In this document: positions 9,532-19,364 of the stretch, piece after piece
How the letters are laid out: each line of letters starts with the position of its first letter
Numbering within the stretch: position 1 is the first letter of the stretch
Assembly (NCBI GenBank): GCA_963677895.2
Contig: CAXXGJ010000018.1
Location: forward strand, 1 to 64,000
Source of the DNA: Treponemataceae bacterium
GTDB taxonomy: Bacteria > Spirochaetota > Spirochaetia > Treponematales > Rectinemataceae
DNA: 64,000 bases
Reading direction: 5' to 3'
Made by a program: the position numbers and the translations under genes
The notes under the pieces: model-generated
Told to the model about the DNA's origin: nothing
Database searches by the model: none
What the model saw: only the letters and a program-made list of their open reading frames with translations

Positions 9532-10258
9532 AGGTGCCCTCGTAGGCAGCTCCGTTCACCGCGGCTTCCCAAGGCACGAAGAAGGTTCTTGCGGACTTGG
9601 CGAGTATGTTCTGTCCATCGATGGCGGAGGCGGATTCCCCGGTAAACTCAAGGGCGGACAAGCCCGCACCCTGGCTGATCCGGATCACAGGATTGGAGAT
9701 AAGCGCATGTCGAGTCCCGTCGTTCTTAACGGTAATATCAATGCCTTGTTTGCCGTCTTTTTGACTGCCGATCGCCCGATCTATAACTAGCTTGACAGCG
9801 GCATTCTTGGGGCTAACGTAGAGGGCGGCGACATAGGTGAGCAGAATACTCACCCCCGACGACTGAGATTTGGAGAAATCCACAGGCAACTGTTCCGCGA
9901 AAACACGATAGGCAACTTCCGAGCTGATCGTGGGATTACCGCGGTATTGCACTTTGACGTTTTGCGAGCTGCGGGCCTTTAGCACCACTCGGGCGGGGAA
10001 AACCAAAAACTCTTTGTCCGCCGGGCTATTTGTCTCCTTGCCTGCCTCGTCGATCGTTCGGGTGGTAACCTTGATGGAGACTGCCGTCTGTTGGTCCGAG
10101 TCGTTTGTCACCTTGTAGGTCATTACCGCGCTTGCGCCTGAGCTGCCGATCGAAACCGTCATGGGCGAGAACGAAAAGGCCCCGGCGCTCACGACGATGA
10201 TAACGAAAAAGAAAACTTTTAAAGCAAGTGAACGTCTAAAATCCGATGATTTTACCAT
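9512..10258 (-). CDS. Pilus assembly chaperone (PapD-like fold), copy 1
   Basis: FSFSPMTV, YKVTN, FLVFPARVVLK..SSQNVKV, EVAYRVFAEQLP, LYVSP, VKNDGTRHAL. Confidence 0.8.
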   Translation of the reverse strand: MVKSSDFRRSLALKVFFFVIIVVSAGAFSFSPMTVSIGSSGASAVMTYKVTNDSDQQTAVSIKVTTRTIDEAGKETNSPADKEFLVFPARVVLKARSSQNVKVQYRGNPTISSEVAYRVFAEQLPVDFSKSQSSGVSILLTYVAALYVSPKNAAVKLVIDRAIGSQKDGKQGIDITVKNDGTRHALISNPVIRISQGAGLSALEFTGESASAIDGQNILAKSARTFFVPWEAAVNGAAYEGTFDAEID

Positions 10259-10313
10259 TTTTTTTTCCTTTAGAGCGATACTATCGAACCGCAACTATTA
10301 TACGCTTCACCTT

Positions 10314-10904
10314 TTATAGCGCAGTTACGGTAAGCAGAATTATATCCTGGTATTCACCAGATTCCCAGACAGTAGAAGCTGCTTTTGGGTCGACGTGGAC
10401 GGTAAAACTGAAGTTTTCTCCATTCAATCCTCCCGTGGTTTTTCTGGTAAAGCTGTATAAGGTTTTATCCAGATTGGCCGTAAGCGTAGCCAGAGGGAAA
10501 AGCACCAAGTAAGGATCTGTATCAGCAAAAGAAACCCTGTAGGGAATCTTGATGAGCGTAGCTCCAGGCGCTGGGGCTACCCATGCTTCTCCTGCAGTCG
10601 CTCCCCAGGTTAATGCGGCGTATGTTGCCTTGGCGGAAATCTTCCAAGATTTTGTATTTGAACGAATATTCAAGGTTATTGAACCTTCTTCACCTGCTTC
10701 GCTCAACTCTCCGAATGCAAGTACATTACTGGATAGATTCAAGCTTAGGTGAAGCGGAATATCAAGGTATACTTCCATATCGTTCGTCGCCGCGCTGGGA
10801 GCGGCGATTTTCAATAGGGAAAGCAATATAATGAAAACAAGTTTTTTCAAATGCGGCTCCATACCGCTGCGAATATATCGCAGCACACTTTTAGCGGTTC
10901 GCAT
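10314..10904 (-). CDS. Putative pilin subunit
   Basis: Signal-like N-terminus (true start probably near MEPHLKK or LKKLV). Motifs IRSN..W.I, IPY, and C-terminal GEYQDIILLTV. Confidence 0.65.
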   Translation of the reverse strand: MRTAKSVLRYIRSGMEPHLKKLVFIILLSLLKIAAPSAATNDMEVYLDIPLHLSLNLSSNVLAFGELSEAGEEGSITLNIRSNTKSWKISAKATYAALTWGATAGEAWVAPAPGATLIKIPYRVSFADTDPYLVLFPLATLTANLDKTLYSFTRKTTGGLNGENFSFTVHVDPKAASTVWESGEYQDIILLTVTAL

Positions 10905-11020
10905 TCCTTAGCAGGTCAAGAATGCTCTCCAATTATAGAACAACGATAATGATATAAGGATCCATTGTCAAGTGAGAAGAAGCCGGCGACAATTCATTCT
11001 AATAATGGAAAATACTACGC

Positions 11021-11761
11021 TTAATCAAGCTCGGCGACAATGCTGCCCTCGTAGCTTGTTCCGATGACCGCGGCGCTCCAGGGCACAAACACGATCCTCT
11101 CGGAGAGGGCAAGTATATTCTGCCCATCAAGGGCTCCTACAGCCTCGCCAGAAAATTCGATATCCGATCCATTACTGTTCATCTTGATGATTGGATTCGA
11201 GATAAGCGCATGCTGAGTCCCCTCGTTTTTTACTGTCAGATCGAGTCCCTGTAGGCCGTCTTTCTGACTTCCCATAGCCTTCGCTACAACGAGCTTGGGA
11301 GCCGCGTTCTTGGGCGTAACATAGAGCGCCGCCACATAGGTGAGCAGTATGCTCACACCCGACGATGTCGATTTAGAAAAATCCACCGGCAGCTGTTCCG
11401 CTACCACCCTAAATGCCTGTTCCGAACCTATGTTCGCTGGGCCCCGATACTGTACTTTTACGTTTTGCGAACTATTGGCCTTGAGCACAACCCGTGCAGG
11501 GAAGACCAGAAACAGCTTGTCCGCCGGCTCGTTCGTCTCTTTACCGCTGGTATCGATCACCCTGGTTGTTACTTTTATTGACACAGCGGTCTGCTGATCC
11601 GATTCATTGGTGACCTTGTAGGTCATCACTGCGGTGGCGCCAGAGGGAGAAATGGAAACGGTCATTGGAGAGAAGGAAAAGCCAGAAATGGTTGAGATTC
11701 CAATGAGTAAAAAAACAAAAATGATAATTAGCGAGCGCTTAAAGTTGGACGTATAGATCAT
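11021..11761 (-). CDS. Pilus assembly chaperone (PapD-like fold), copy 2
   Basis: Close paralogue of 9512-10258, with long identical blocks such as AVMTYKVTN, QQTAVSIKVTTR, FLVFPARVVLKA and SGVSILLTYVAALYV. Confidence 0.8.
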   Translation of the reverse strand: MIYTSNFKRSLIIIFVFLLIGISTISGFSFSPMTVSISPSGATAVMTYKVTNESDQQTAVSIKVTTRVIDTSGKETNEPADKLFLVFPARVVLKANSSQNVKVQYRGPANIGSEQAFRVVAEQLPVDFSKSTSSGVSILLTYVAALYVTPKNAAPKLVVAKAMGSQKDGLQGLDLTVKNEGTQHALISNPIIKMNSNGSDIEFSGEAVGALDGQNILALSERIVFVPWSAAVIGTSYEGSIVAELD

Positions 11762-11920
11762 TCGTCTTCCTTATTGACACCAACGTCTAACACTAGGCTA
11801 TGTCAAAAATTATCCAATGTCAATAAACATTTGCTGGACTATATTTCGGCATAAATAAAGATACTATAGAGAAAAAAAGTGACTAAAAATGTGGCATTTT
11901 TTACGTTTACCTTGAGATAA

Positions 11921-11953
11921 AACACCCCTAGAAGTGGACACTTCTAGGGGTGT
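11921..11953. terminator. Hairpin downstream of the probable major pilin gene
   Basis: ACACCCCTAGAAGTG-GA-CACTTCTAGGGGTGT inverted repeat, followed by a T-run on the minus strand. Confidence 0.7.
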
Positions 11954-11988
11954 AAACCAATTACTTACTTCTTTCGTACAGTCAATTA

Positions 11989-12597
11989 TTACGGTGCTAA
12001 AATCGAAACTTTAATGGTATCCGTGTATACTCCTGCATCCCAATAATTTGTCTCAGAGTCTTTTTCCGTAATATCAATGAACATTTTTACGCTTTCGCCT
12101 GCTACAACTGTTTTCTTGATCATTTCATAATAACCATCTTCTTCCGCTGTTGGTGCAACAGCTGCTTTAAGCGGTATATAAGTACCTTCCCAAGTATGAA
12201 CTCCGGCATCCTGAACAAAATCAAATGTATAGGGAATTGACTTAGTTACCTCAGCAGTAACAGGATTAGCCTCTGCAGCCAGCCCAACGGCAGATGCTGC
12301 ATCATGAGTATCGCCTTCACGAACCAATTTGCTACCATTAGTGGAATAAACTGTAACTATCCATTTATTGAAATTACTTTTAAAAAGTGCGGTACCTACT
12401 TGCGTCGGACCAAGTCCGGCTTGGTCTAAATCAAAAGTAGCTGCCGCTAATGTAGTTATCGCAACAGACGCTTGCTTACTAATGGTTCCTGTTAAAGTAA
12501 GTTCACCAGAAGAAGTGCTTTCGGTTAAATCTGATTGTGCAAACGATACACCTACAATTCCGACAAACAATGCAAGCACTAACACAAACTTTTTCAT
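11989..12597 (-). CDS. Putative major pilin subunit
   Basis: Signal peptide MKKFVLVLALFVGIVGVSFA. Motifs LTLTGTI, KSN..W.V..YSTNGSKL, IPY, and C-terminal AGVYTDTIKVSI. It has its own promoter and terminator and is AT-rich. Confidence 0.7.
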   Translation of the reverse strand: MKKFVLVLALFVGIVGVSFAQSDLTESTSSGELTLTGTISKQASVAITTLAAATFDLDQAGLGPTQVGTALFKSNFNKWIVTVYSTNGSKLVREGDTHDAASAVGLAAEANPVTAEVTKSIPYTFDFVQDAGVHTWEGTYIPLKAAVAPTAEEDGYYEMIKKTVVAGESVKMFIDITEKDSETNYWDAGVYTDTIKVSILAP

Positions 12598-12756
12598 AAT
12601 CCTCTCCCAACAAGTAGCAATGCTACTTAAACTTTTTTTATAGCTGAATACTCAGCTAATTTTCTTTATAAAGAATTCTAGTGAATCATAATAGTTTCGT
12701 CAAGTACTTAAACGCAAATTACTAAAAAAGATAAAATAAAACAAAAAAATGTAAAA

Positions 12757-13239
12757 TCAGCTTATTGTAACGAGGATGGTTACGATGTCGCTATAGACAT
12801 CAGAGACCACCGGGTCGCGCAGATCCTCAAGCCTTTTATAGCTGACCCGTATTGGATACTCCACAGTAGTCTTGGGCACCAGTGTGTTATAGGTCAGAAA
12901 AAACTCCTTGGAAAGATTGATCTGGTCAACAGTGCCAAAATGGAAAAAATACGGGTATACATCTTCGTTGCCCGCCGTCTGACCAACAAGCCTGCCGGCA
13001 TTTTTCGACTTTACCACAATGGTCCACAGGCCCTTTGTGTTGGTGTATACAACAACCTTCCCAAGATAGGCGGACTCGGTGTTAACAAGGTCAACAGTCT
13101 CGATATCGGATAGATCAGTACTGAGAATTAAAACAGGGGGAATAATTCCCTGCAGCTCAAAGGTTACTTCTTTTGAGGTTTGGCCAAAAATAAGGCCGGT
13201 CGAGAGAAGGCAGAACATCAGAAGAACAACTTTTTTCAT
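12757..13239 (-). CDS. Putative pilin subunit
   Basis: Signal peptide. Motifs FELQGII, YTN..W.I..KSKNAG.L, YPY, and C-terminal YSDIVTILVT. Confidence 0.65.
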   Translation of the reverse strand: MKKVVLLMFCLLSTGLIFGQTSKEVTFELQGIIPPVLILSTDLSDIETVDLVNTESAYLGKVVVYTNTKGLWTIVVKSKNAGRLVGQTAGNEDVYPYFFHFGTVDQINLSKEFFLTYNTLVPKTTVEYPIRVSYKRLEDLRDPVVSDVYSDIVTILVTIS

Positions 13240-13342
13240 GTAAACACCCGTTTCATAATCGATAAAAATGGAACTATCACTTTAATCTGAAGGACAGCGT
13301 GTCGTAGAACATGCCGTCCTTGTTGGCAACTATACGAATTCC

Positions 13343-13843
13343 TTAAAGAGTAGGCTCGGAATCGTAGAAAAAGACTTTTATAGTGTCGGTATACGTTCCT
13401 GCATTGAGCAGATTGGTTGCGTCATAGTGGATTCTCAGAGTTGCCGTGGTGCTGTTTCCTGCAGTGGCCGCGATGGACCCCTTTTTGTCGGCAGTCAATG
13501 AAGCGGGAGCGGTCGTAAGAATGCTACCCAGCGACACAGTGTATGCAAAGGTGTCTCCATTTTCGCTAACCATGATACCTTTGTTGGGAGCAGGGGTCTG
13601 TGACTGAAGTTTGAACCACCACGTCGCATCGATGTTCGTTGCCAAGACTATTGTACCCGCGGTTACGGAATTGCCGGTGCCAGTGCTCGCGGTAAGCGTC
13701 ACAGTATCATTCAGGTTTGAAGTAATACTTGTTCCCGCTGCGATAGTAAGCGATATAGTGATACTATCCTGTCCGGTCTCTGCGGCAAACATAGGAACTG
13801 CTACAAACAATACCGCGATGGCAATTAGAAAAAACTTTTTCAT
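13343..13843 (-). CDS. Putative pilin subunit
   Basis: Signal peptide MKKFFLIAIAVLFVAVPMFA. Motifs ATN..W, FAYTV, and C-terminal AGTYTDTIKV. Confidence 0.65.
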   Translation of the reverse strand: MKKFFLIAIAVLFVAVPMFAAETGQDSITISLTIAAGTSITSNLNDTVTLTASTGTGNSVTAGTIVLATNIDATWWFKLQSQTPAPNKGIMVSENGDTFAYTVSLGSILTTAPASLTADKKGSIAATAGNSTTATLRIHYDATNLLNAGTYTDTIKVFFYDSEPTL

Positions 13844-14080
13844 AATCCCTTCCCTTTGGGTGAATCCTCACCCTACTTATATGAATTGGTATGAGTTTTA
13901 CTCTATTTTGAAATATTGTCAATAGCGCGGGAATAGAATCATATAATAAATGTACATAAAGATATTTTTGGGACATATTCTCTAATGCATAGGAATTCGA
14001 AATCCTTCTTGACACAATCCGGATTCGCAGTATATATCTTGTTGCGTGTCATGCCTGCATGCAGGCAATTCGTCGGGTTC

Positions 14081-14154
14081 GGGCGGTTAGCTCAGTTGGT
14101 TAGAGCACCAGTATGACACGCTGGGGGTCGCAAGTTCGACTCTTGCACCGCCCA
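14081..14154 (+). tRNA. tRNA-Val (GAC)
   Basis: GGGCGGT...ACCGCCC acceptor stem, TAGCTCAGTTGGTTAGAGC D-arm, CCAGT-ATGACAC-GCTGG anticodon arm, GTTCGAC T-loop. Confidence 0.95.
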
Positions 14155-14162
14155 TTCCAAGC

Positions 14163-14194
14163 AAGGCTGTTCACTTTTGGTGAACAGCCTTTTC
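14163..14194. terminator. Hairpin terminator between tRNA-Val and the convergent LysM gene
   Basis: AAGGCTGTTCAC-TTTTG-GTGAACAGCCTT followed by T. Confidence 0.75.
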
Positions 14195-16789
14195 TTATCG
14201 CTTCGCCCGAGGCGGGTAGGTCTTTTTCGGATCCCATGAGCCTTCGCGGAGTTCGCCGCCGATGCTCGGTATTTTAATCACCTGTCCCGGTCGGAGCAGG
14301 TTGGGATTGGATGGATCGGGAAGCGTCGTTTTGTTAGCTTTGTAGAGGATTGTCCATTTGTATGGATCATTGTAGCCGAAGGGGCTGGCGGCAATGCTCC
14401 AGAGATTGTCCATATTCTTCCGTTCGGGAACCATGCCTATCTTGTAGGTGGCCGGCAAGGGGGCGAATTCGCTTATGCCCTCGAGTATGACTCTGGCCGA
14501 TTCTGCCTTGGCCGAAGCGGTGAGCGAATCGCCGGAATCGAAGGCTTGCCGCGACGCTTCTAGCTCCTTCGCGCCTTTGGCGAGGAGGGCCGGGTAGTTG
14601 TTCCGGGCGTTTCGGGCGACAGCCTTGTCGTAAGCATTCCTGGCTTGATCGATCGCATCGAGGATTTCGGTTTCGGCGGACTGGTCTTTCTCGAAGGGAG
14701 GATAAGTCTTTCCGGGATCCCAGGTGCCGCTTCTAATCTCTCCCCGTATGCTTGGGATGACGATTACTTGGCCAGTACGGAGAAGGTTGGGATTGGCGGG
14801 ATCCCAGAGGCTCGACTTGTTGGCTTCATAGAGAATTGTCCATTTCCGCGCATCGTTGTAGCCATATTCGGCCCCCGCTATGCTCGCGAAGCTATCCTTG
14901 CCTTTACGTTCGGGGAGGAGATCCACGATGTAAGCCGCGGGGAGTGCGGCGTATTCCTCAATGCCCGAAAGGATAGCGGGAGAGGTCGCTTCATTGGTGA
15001 CCTGTTCGGCGGCCAGACGCGCGGATTCAGCCTGCTCTGCCGCTAAGTGGTTGGCCTCAGCTTGTTCTGCCGAGAGACGGGCAGCCTCAGCTTGCTCTGC
15101 AGCCAGGCGGGCGGCCTCAACCTGTGCCGCGGCCAAAGCGGCGGCTTGCGCAGAGGCTTTAACTTCGGCCGCCTGTCGTTCGAGGGCTGCTTTTTCGACG
15201 GCGTCTTTTTCGGCCTTTGCCCGTATTTCAGCCTCGGTTCGGGCCAAGGTCGAACGCAGGGCTTCCAGTTCGGCGGATTTGGCGGCTAATTCCGCCGCGC
15301 TGGCCGCAAGTTCCGTGGTCTTCGCCGCAGCCTGCGCTTCCGCGGCGATCAGCTGGGCTTCCCTGGCCAACCTATCGACTTCTTCCTTCGCGCTTATTTC
15401 CGATGCCAGTCTGTCGGCTTCGCTCTGTTTGGCGGCCTCGCGAGCGGCTTCCTGTTCGCGAAGGAGGGTTTGGAACCTGCCATCGGAGATAGCGATCTGG
15501 TTGAGCGCTTCCATCGAATCCAGATGTGAAGCCGCGAAATACGCCGTCAATAGTTTGTTATCAGCCGAGGCAAGGAGGACTTCGGCTTCCAGGAAATTGG
15601 CATCCTCTTCGAATTTCTGCGTTTTAAGCCTGTTTTTTTGATCCGCCAAGGCCTGAGAGGCCCTTTCAAATGCGGCCTTGGCGCTGTATTCCAGATCTCC
15701 TGCGCCGAGTCGGGCGATTTCGAAAGCGACGGCGGCCTTATCATAGAGGGCGGTGGCTTCATCGAAATGACTGGACTCAAGTCTTCCCTCGGCATCGGAG
15801 AAGTGCGTCACAGCGGCGGAATACTCTTCGGCAGCGTTCAGCTCGGAATAGAGCCAATCGGCCGACCGACGGGAGATGAGCACCCTGTCCCTGGCTTCCA
15901 TTGCCTCGCGTTCCGCTCCCCATGCGAATATGTTCTCGTAAGAGAGGGAGGCTTTTTCCAGGCGATCGGCGCCTCGCAGTATGGCATCGTTATTCGAAAG
16001 CGCGTAGAGAGACGCGTCTTCCTGGAGCAACTGATCAGCCTCGGCTTGATGATGAGGCGAATATTTCCCATATCCCGCGACATCCACTTTCGATTTCAGA
16101 ACTTCCGCTTCGGCCCTGGCATCGGCCGACTCATAGAGGAGTGTCGCTCTCTTGAATGAAGCGATGGATGAGCGGTACCGAGCCTCAGTATGGAAGTCCT
16201 TGCCCGCCGCGAATTCTGCGTCAGCCTCGGCGAGCCTTTCGGCGGCCGCGGCCGGGAGGTCCGCGGGCCGAGGTTTGTCGGCTAGAGCCCCAACCTTGGC
16301 TTTTTCGGCATCCGAACGAAGAGGAAGGCCTTTCTCGAGCAAGATGTTCAACGATTTTCCCGAATTTCTCAGATCATCCGAGAATGGGTAGGCGGCTTCT
16401 CCGTCGTAAGGCCAGCGCCATATCTGTGTTTCGTAGTTCACCTTCGCGCTCTCGAATTGCGTATAAGCTTGGGCGAAATCCTCGGGCAGCAGAGTCTCGA
16501 TTTCATACAGGAGAATTTCCGTAAACGTACTGTTGACCGATGCGAAGAGGTTTCTATATTCAGGTTCCGATATGGAAGGCAGAATGGGTTTGGGCGCTGG
16601 AGCCAAAGTCGTTGTGGTGGTTGTAGCGGGAGGCGCCTGCGATATGATCATCACCGGAGCTCGTACGGTAGTAGTGGTAGTGGGCACTACCGCGGCGACT
16701 AAGAGAGGTACGTCCGGTCGTGTCTCGCATGAATATAGAATGACAGTAATAGCGGCAAGGACTAGCCACCGCACTTTTTTATTGGTCAA
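14195..16789 (-). CDS. Large lipoprotein with helical/coiled-coil repeats and two C-terminal LysM-like domains
   Basis: Lipobox ILYSC, Thr/Pro linkers, AARLAAEQAE repeats, and two copies of LPA.Y...D.L..IA...GYND..KWTILY.ANK..L.DP.NPNLLR.GQVI.IPSI.GE.R.G.WDP.KTYP. Confidence 0.8.
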   Translation of the reverse strand: MTNKKVRWLVLAAITVILYSCETRPDVPLLVAAVVPTTTTTVRAPVMIISQAPPATTTTTTLAPAPKPILPSISEPEYRNLFASVNSTFTEILLYEIETLLPEDFAQAYTQFESAKVNYETQIWRWPYDGEAAYPFSDDLRNSGKSLNILLEKGLPLRSDAEKAKVGALADKPRPADLPAAAAERLAEADAEFAAGKDFHTEARYRSSIASFKRATLLYESADARAEAEVLKSKVDVAGYGKYSPHHQAEADQLLQEDASLYALSNNDAILRGADRLEKASLSYENIFAWGAEREAMEARDRVLISRRSADWLYSELNAAEEYSAAVTHFSDAEGRLESSHFDEATALYDKAAVAFEIARLGAGDLEYSAKAAFERASQALADQKNRLKTQKFEEDANFLEAEVLLASADNKLLTAYFAASHLDSMEALNQIAISDGRFQTLLREQEAAREAAKQSEADRLASEISAKEEVDRLAREAQLIAAEAQAAAKTTELAASAAELAAKSAELEALRSTLARTEAEIRAKAEKDAVEKAALERQAAEVKASAQAAALAAAQVEAARLAAEQAEAARLSAEQAEANHLAAEQAESARLAAEQVTNEATSPAILSGIEEYAALPAAYIVDLLPERKGKDSFASIAGAEYGYNDARKWTILYEANKSSLWDPANPNLLRTGQVIVIPSIRGEIRSGTWDPGKTYPPFEKDQSAETEILDAIDQARNAYDKAVARNARNNYPALLAKGAKELEASRQAFDSGDSLTASAKAESARVILEGISEFAPLPATYKIGMVPERKNMDNLWSIAASPFGYNDPYKWTILYKANKTTLPDPSNPNLLRPGQVIKIPSIGGELREGSWDPKKTYPPRAKR

Positions 16790-16948
16790 GGTCCGCTCCC
16801 GGCAATTCAGCAGGAATACTTTATTATTGACTTATCTTATCGCAACTTTATCGAAAATTGCAATACCGAATATGGACGAGCTTCGCTTCCTTACGTATCA
16901 ATGTGCTTGACAAAGAAAGGGTCTTTCGGTAAGAATCATCCCCGAAAC

Positions 16949-17021
16949 GCCGCTGTAGCTCAGTTGGTAGAGCAATGGACTGAAAATCCATGTGTCATCA
17001 GTTCAATTCTGATCGGCGGCA
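16949..17021 (+). tRNA. tRNA-Phe (GAA)
   Basis: GCCGCTG...CGGCGGC acceptor stem, ATGGA-CTGAAAA-TCCAT anticodon arm, GTTCAAT T-loop. TTGACA lies upstream and an AAACCACCC...GGGTGGTTTT hairpin downstream. Confidence 0.95.
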
Positions 17022-17116
17022 AACCACCCCTTAGGGTGGTTTTTTTATGCCCTAAGCCGATCCAGGGCTCCATCAGGCCGCTTCCGGGACTCGTCGTTTC
17101 TTAGTATTATGATGTT

Positions 17117-18094
17117 ATGAAAATACTGATCATAGGCGGGGCCGGCTATATCGGCAGCCACGTGGCGAGGCTTTTCGCCGACAAGGGTCATAAGGTCGAT
17201 ATCGCGGACAATCTTTCGACGGGCAGCGAGGAAAACCTTTTTCCCGACTACGGGTTTTTCAAGGGCGACATTCTCGACTATCCCTGGCTTCTTGGCGTGA
17301 TGAGGAAGGGCTACGACGCCATAGTCCATCTCGCGGCATCGAAGGCCGCGGGCGAGTCGATGCTGGCGCCGGAAAAGTACGCCAGGCAGAATATAAGCGG
17401 AACCATCAATATTCTCAATGCCGCATGCGAAGCGGGCATTCACGCCATCGTTTTCTCTTCCTCCGCGGCCGTGTACGGAGAGCCGCAGTATCTTCCCATC
17501 GACGAAGCCCATCCCCAAAACCCGGAAAATTTCTATGGCTTCACGAAGCTGGAGATCGAGAGGATACTGGCCTGGTACGATAGGCTGAAGGGGTTGAAAT
17601 TCGCCGCCCTGCGCTATTTCAACGCCGCAGGATACGATCCCGCCGGTCGCGTCCATGGACTGGAGAAGAATCCCGCCAATCTCATTCCCGTGATCATGGA
17701 AACCGCGACGGGCATCCGTCCGGCGCTGAAGATTTTCGGGCTCGACTATGCCACGCCCGATGGCTCGGGCGTCAGGGACTACATCCATGTCAGCGATCTG
17801 GCCGAAGCGCATCTGCTCGCCCTCGAATATATCCTGCGCGAGAAGGCCAGCCTCACCGTGAATCTTGGCTCCGAGGAAGGTCTCTCGGTGCTCGAGATCC
17901 TCGAGGCCGCCAGGAGGATCACGGGCGCGCCTATCGCGACCGATATATGCGAGCGCAGGCCCGGGGACCCGGCCAAGCTGGTGGCTTCGAGCGCCAAGGC
18001 CAAGAAATTATTAGGCTGGGAAGCGAAACATTCGGATGTCGAAACCTTGATCGCGACGACATGGAATGCCTATCGGCTTTCCTTGGACAAATAA
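17117..18094 (+). CDS. galE: UDP-glucose 4-epimerase
   Basis: GGAGYIGSH, FSSSAAVYG, YGFTK, LRYFNAAG, RDYIHVSDLA, RRPGDP. Confidence 0.95.
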   Translation: MKILIIGGAGYIGSHVARLFADKGHKVDIADNLSTGSEENLFPDYGFFKGDILDYPWLLGVMRKGYDAIVHLAASKAAGESMLAPEKYARQNISGTINILNAACEAGIHAIVFSSSAAVYGEPQYLPIDEAHPQNPENFYGFTKLEIERILAWYDRLKGLKFAALRYFNAAGYDPAGRVHGLEKNPANLIPVIMETATGIRPALKIFGLDYATPDGSGVRDYIHVSDLAEAHLLALEYILREKASLTVNLGSEEGLSVLEILEAARRITGAPIATDICERRPGDPAKLVASSAKAKKLLGWEAKHSDVETLIATTWNAYRLSLDK

Positions 18095-18116
18095 TAAAAA
18101 CCTCAAGGAGAACGCA

Positions 18117-19334
18117 ATGAAAGAGAAGATTTTTTCCTACATCGAAAACAGTGTCGACGGCATCATCGAACTGGAAAGCCTGCTGACTTCGATCCCCGCG
18201 ATGGCGCCCGAATCGGGGGGGCAGGGCGAGCTGGAGAAGTCCATCGCCTTGGAGAAATGGCTCAGGGCGCAGGGTATCAACGATATCTTTCACATGGACG
18301 CGAAGGACGATAGGGTGGCGTCGGGCATCCGTCCCAACTTTGTCGCGACCATTCCCGGCAGGAACGACAAGTCCCGCCTCTGGATAATGACGCATATGGA
18401 CGTCGTTCCGGAAGGCGAGCGCTCCAACTGGCATACCGATCCCTGGAAGGTGACGGTGAAGGGCAAGACGCTCGTCGGCCGCGGCGTGGAGGATAACCAG
18501 CAGGGCCTCGTGTCATCGGTGTTCATGGCCCTGGCCTTCGTCAAGCAGGGCATCGTGCCCGAGCGGACGATCAAGCTGCTTTTCGTGGCCGATGAGGAAG
18601 TGGGGTCCAAGTTCGGGATCCAGCATATCATCAACAACCATTCGCTTTTCGGGAAGGACGATCTCATCATCATCCCCGATGGGGGCAATGCCGAAGGCAC
18701 CGAGATCGAGGTGGCCGAGAAGAATATCTGCTGGCTCCAGGTGAGGACGAAGGGAGTGCAGACGCACGCCGCTTCGCCGGACAAGGGCGTGAATGCCTTT
18801 CTGGCCGCCAGCGACCTGGCCCTGCGCATCCATGGACTCGAGAAAACGGTCTTTACGGCCAGGGACTCCCTTTTCGAGCCCGACAGGACCACGATCAATC
18901 CCACGAAAAAGGAAGCCAACGTGCCGAACGTGAACACGATTCCCGGCGACGATGTCTTCTGCGTGGATATGAGGATTCTTCCCCAGTATCCCGTTGCGCG
19001 GGTTATGGCCGAGGCGAGGAAGGTCGCCGACACGGTGGAGGCAGAATACAAGGTCAAGGTTTCTTTCGAAGTGCTGCAGAGCAATGAATCCAAGGCTACC
19101 CCGGTCGACGCGCCGGTCGTCGGTCACCTGAAGAACGCGGTGAGGGAAGTCTACGGCGTGGAAGCCCGCGCGATAGGCATCGGCGGGGGCACCGTGGGCG
19201 CCTACCTCCGCAAAGCCGGATTCGATTGCGTGGTGTGGGCGAAGATGGGCGAAACCGCCCATCAGCCGAATGAAAGCGCCGAGATCGCCAATCTTATCGG
19301 CGACGCGAAGGTATTCGCAAGTCTGGCGCTGTAA
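18117..19334 (+). CDS. M20 family metallohydrolase (DapE/ArgE-like)
   Basis: HMDVVP, GRGVEDN, DEEVGS, HAASP, GGGT, AHQPNE. Confidence 0.9.
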   Translation: MKEKIFSYIENSVDGIIELESLLTSIPAMAPESGGQGELEKSIALEKWLRAQGINDIFHMDAKDDRVASGIRPNFVATIPGRNDKSRLWIMTHMDVVPEGERSNWHTDPWKVTVKGKTLVGRGVEDNQQGLVSSVFMALAFVKQGIVPERTIKLLFVADEEVGSKFGIQHIINNHSLFGKDDLIIIPDGGNAEGTEIEVAEKNICWLQVRTKGVQTHAASPDKGVNAFLAASDLALRIHGLEKTVFTARDSLFEPDRTTINPTKKEANVPNVNTIPGDDVFCVDMRILPQYPVARVMAEARKVADTVEAEYKVKVSFEVLQSNESKATPVDAPVVGHLKNAVREVYGVEARAIGIGGGTVGAYLRKAGFDCVVWAKMGETAHQPNESAEIANLIGDAKVFASLAL

Positions 19335-19364
19335 AGGCATGCTTTCCCGCTTTTCGAACCTTGT

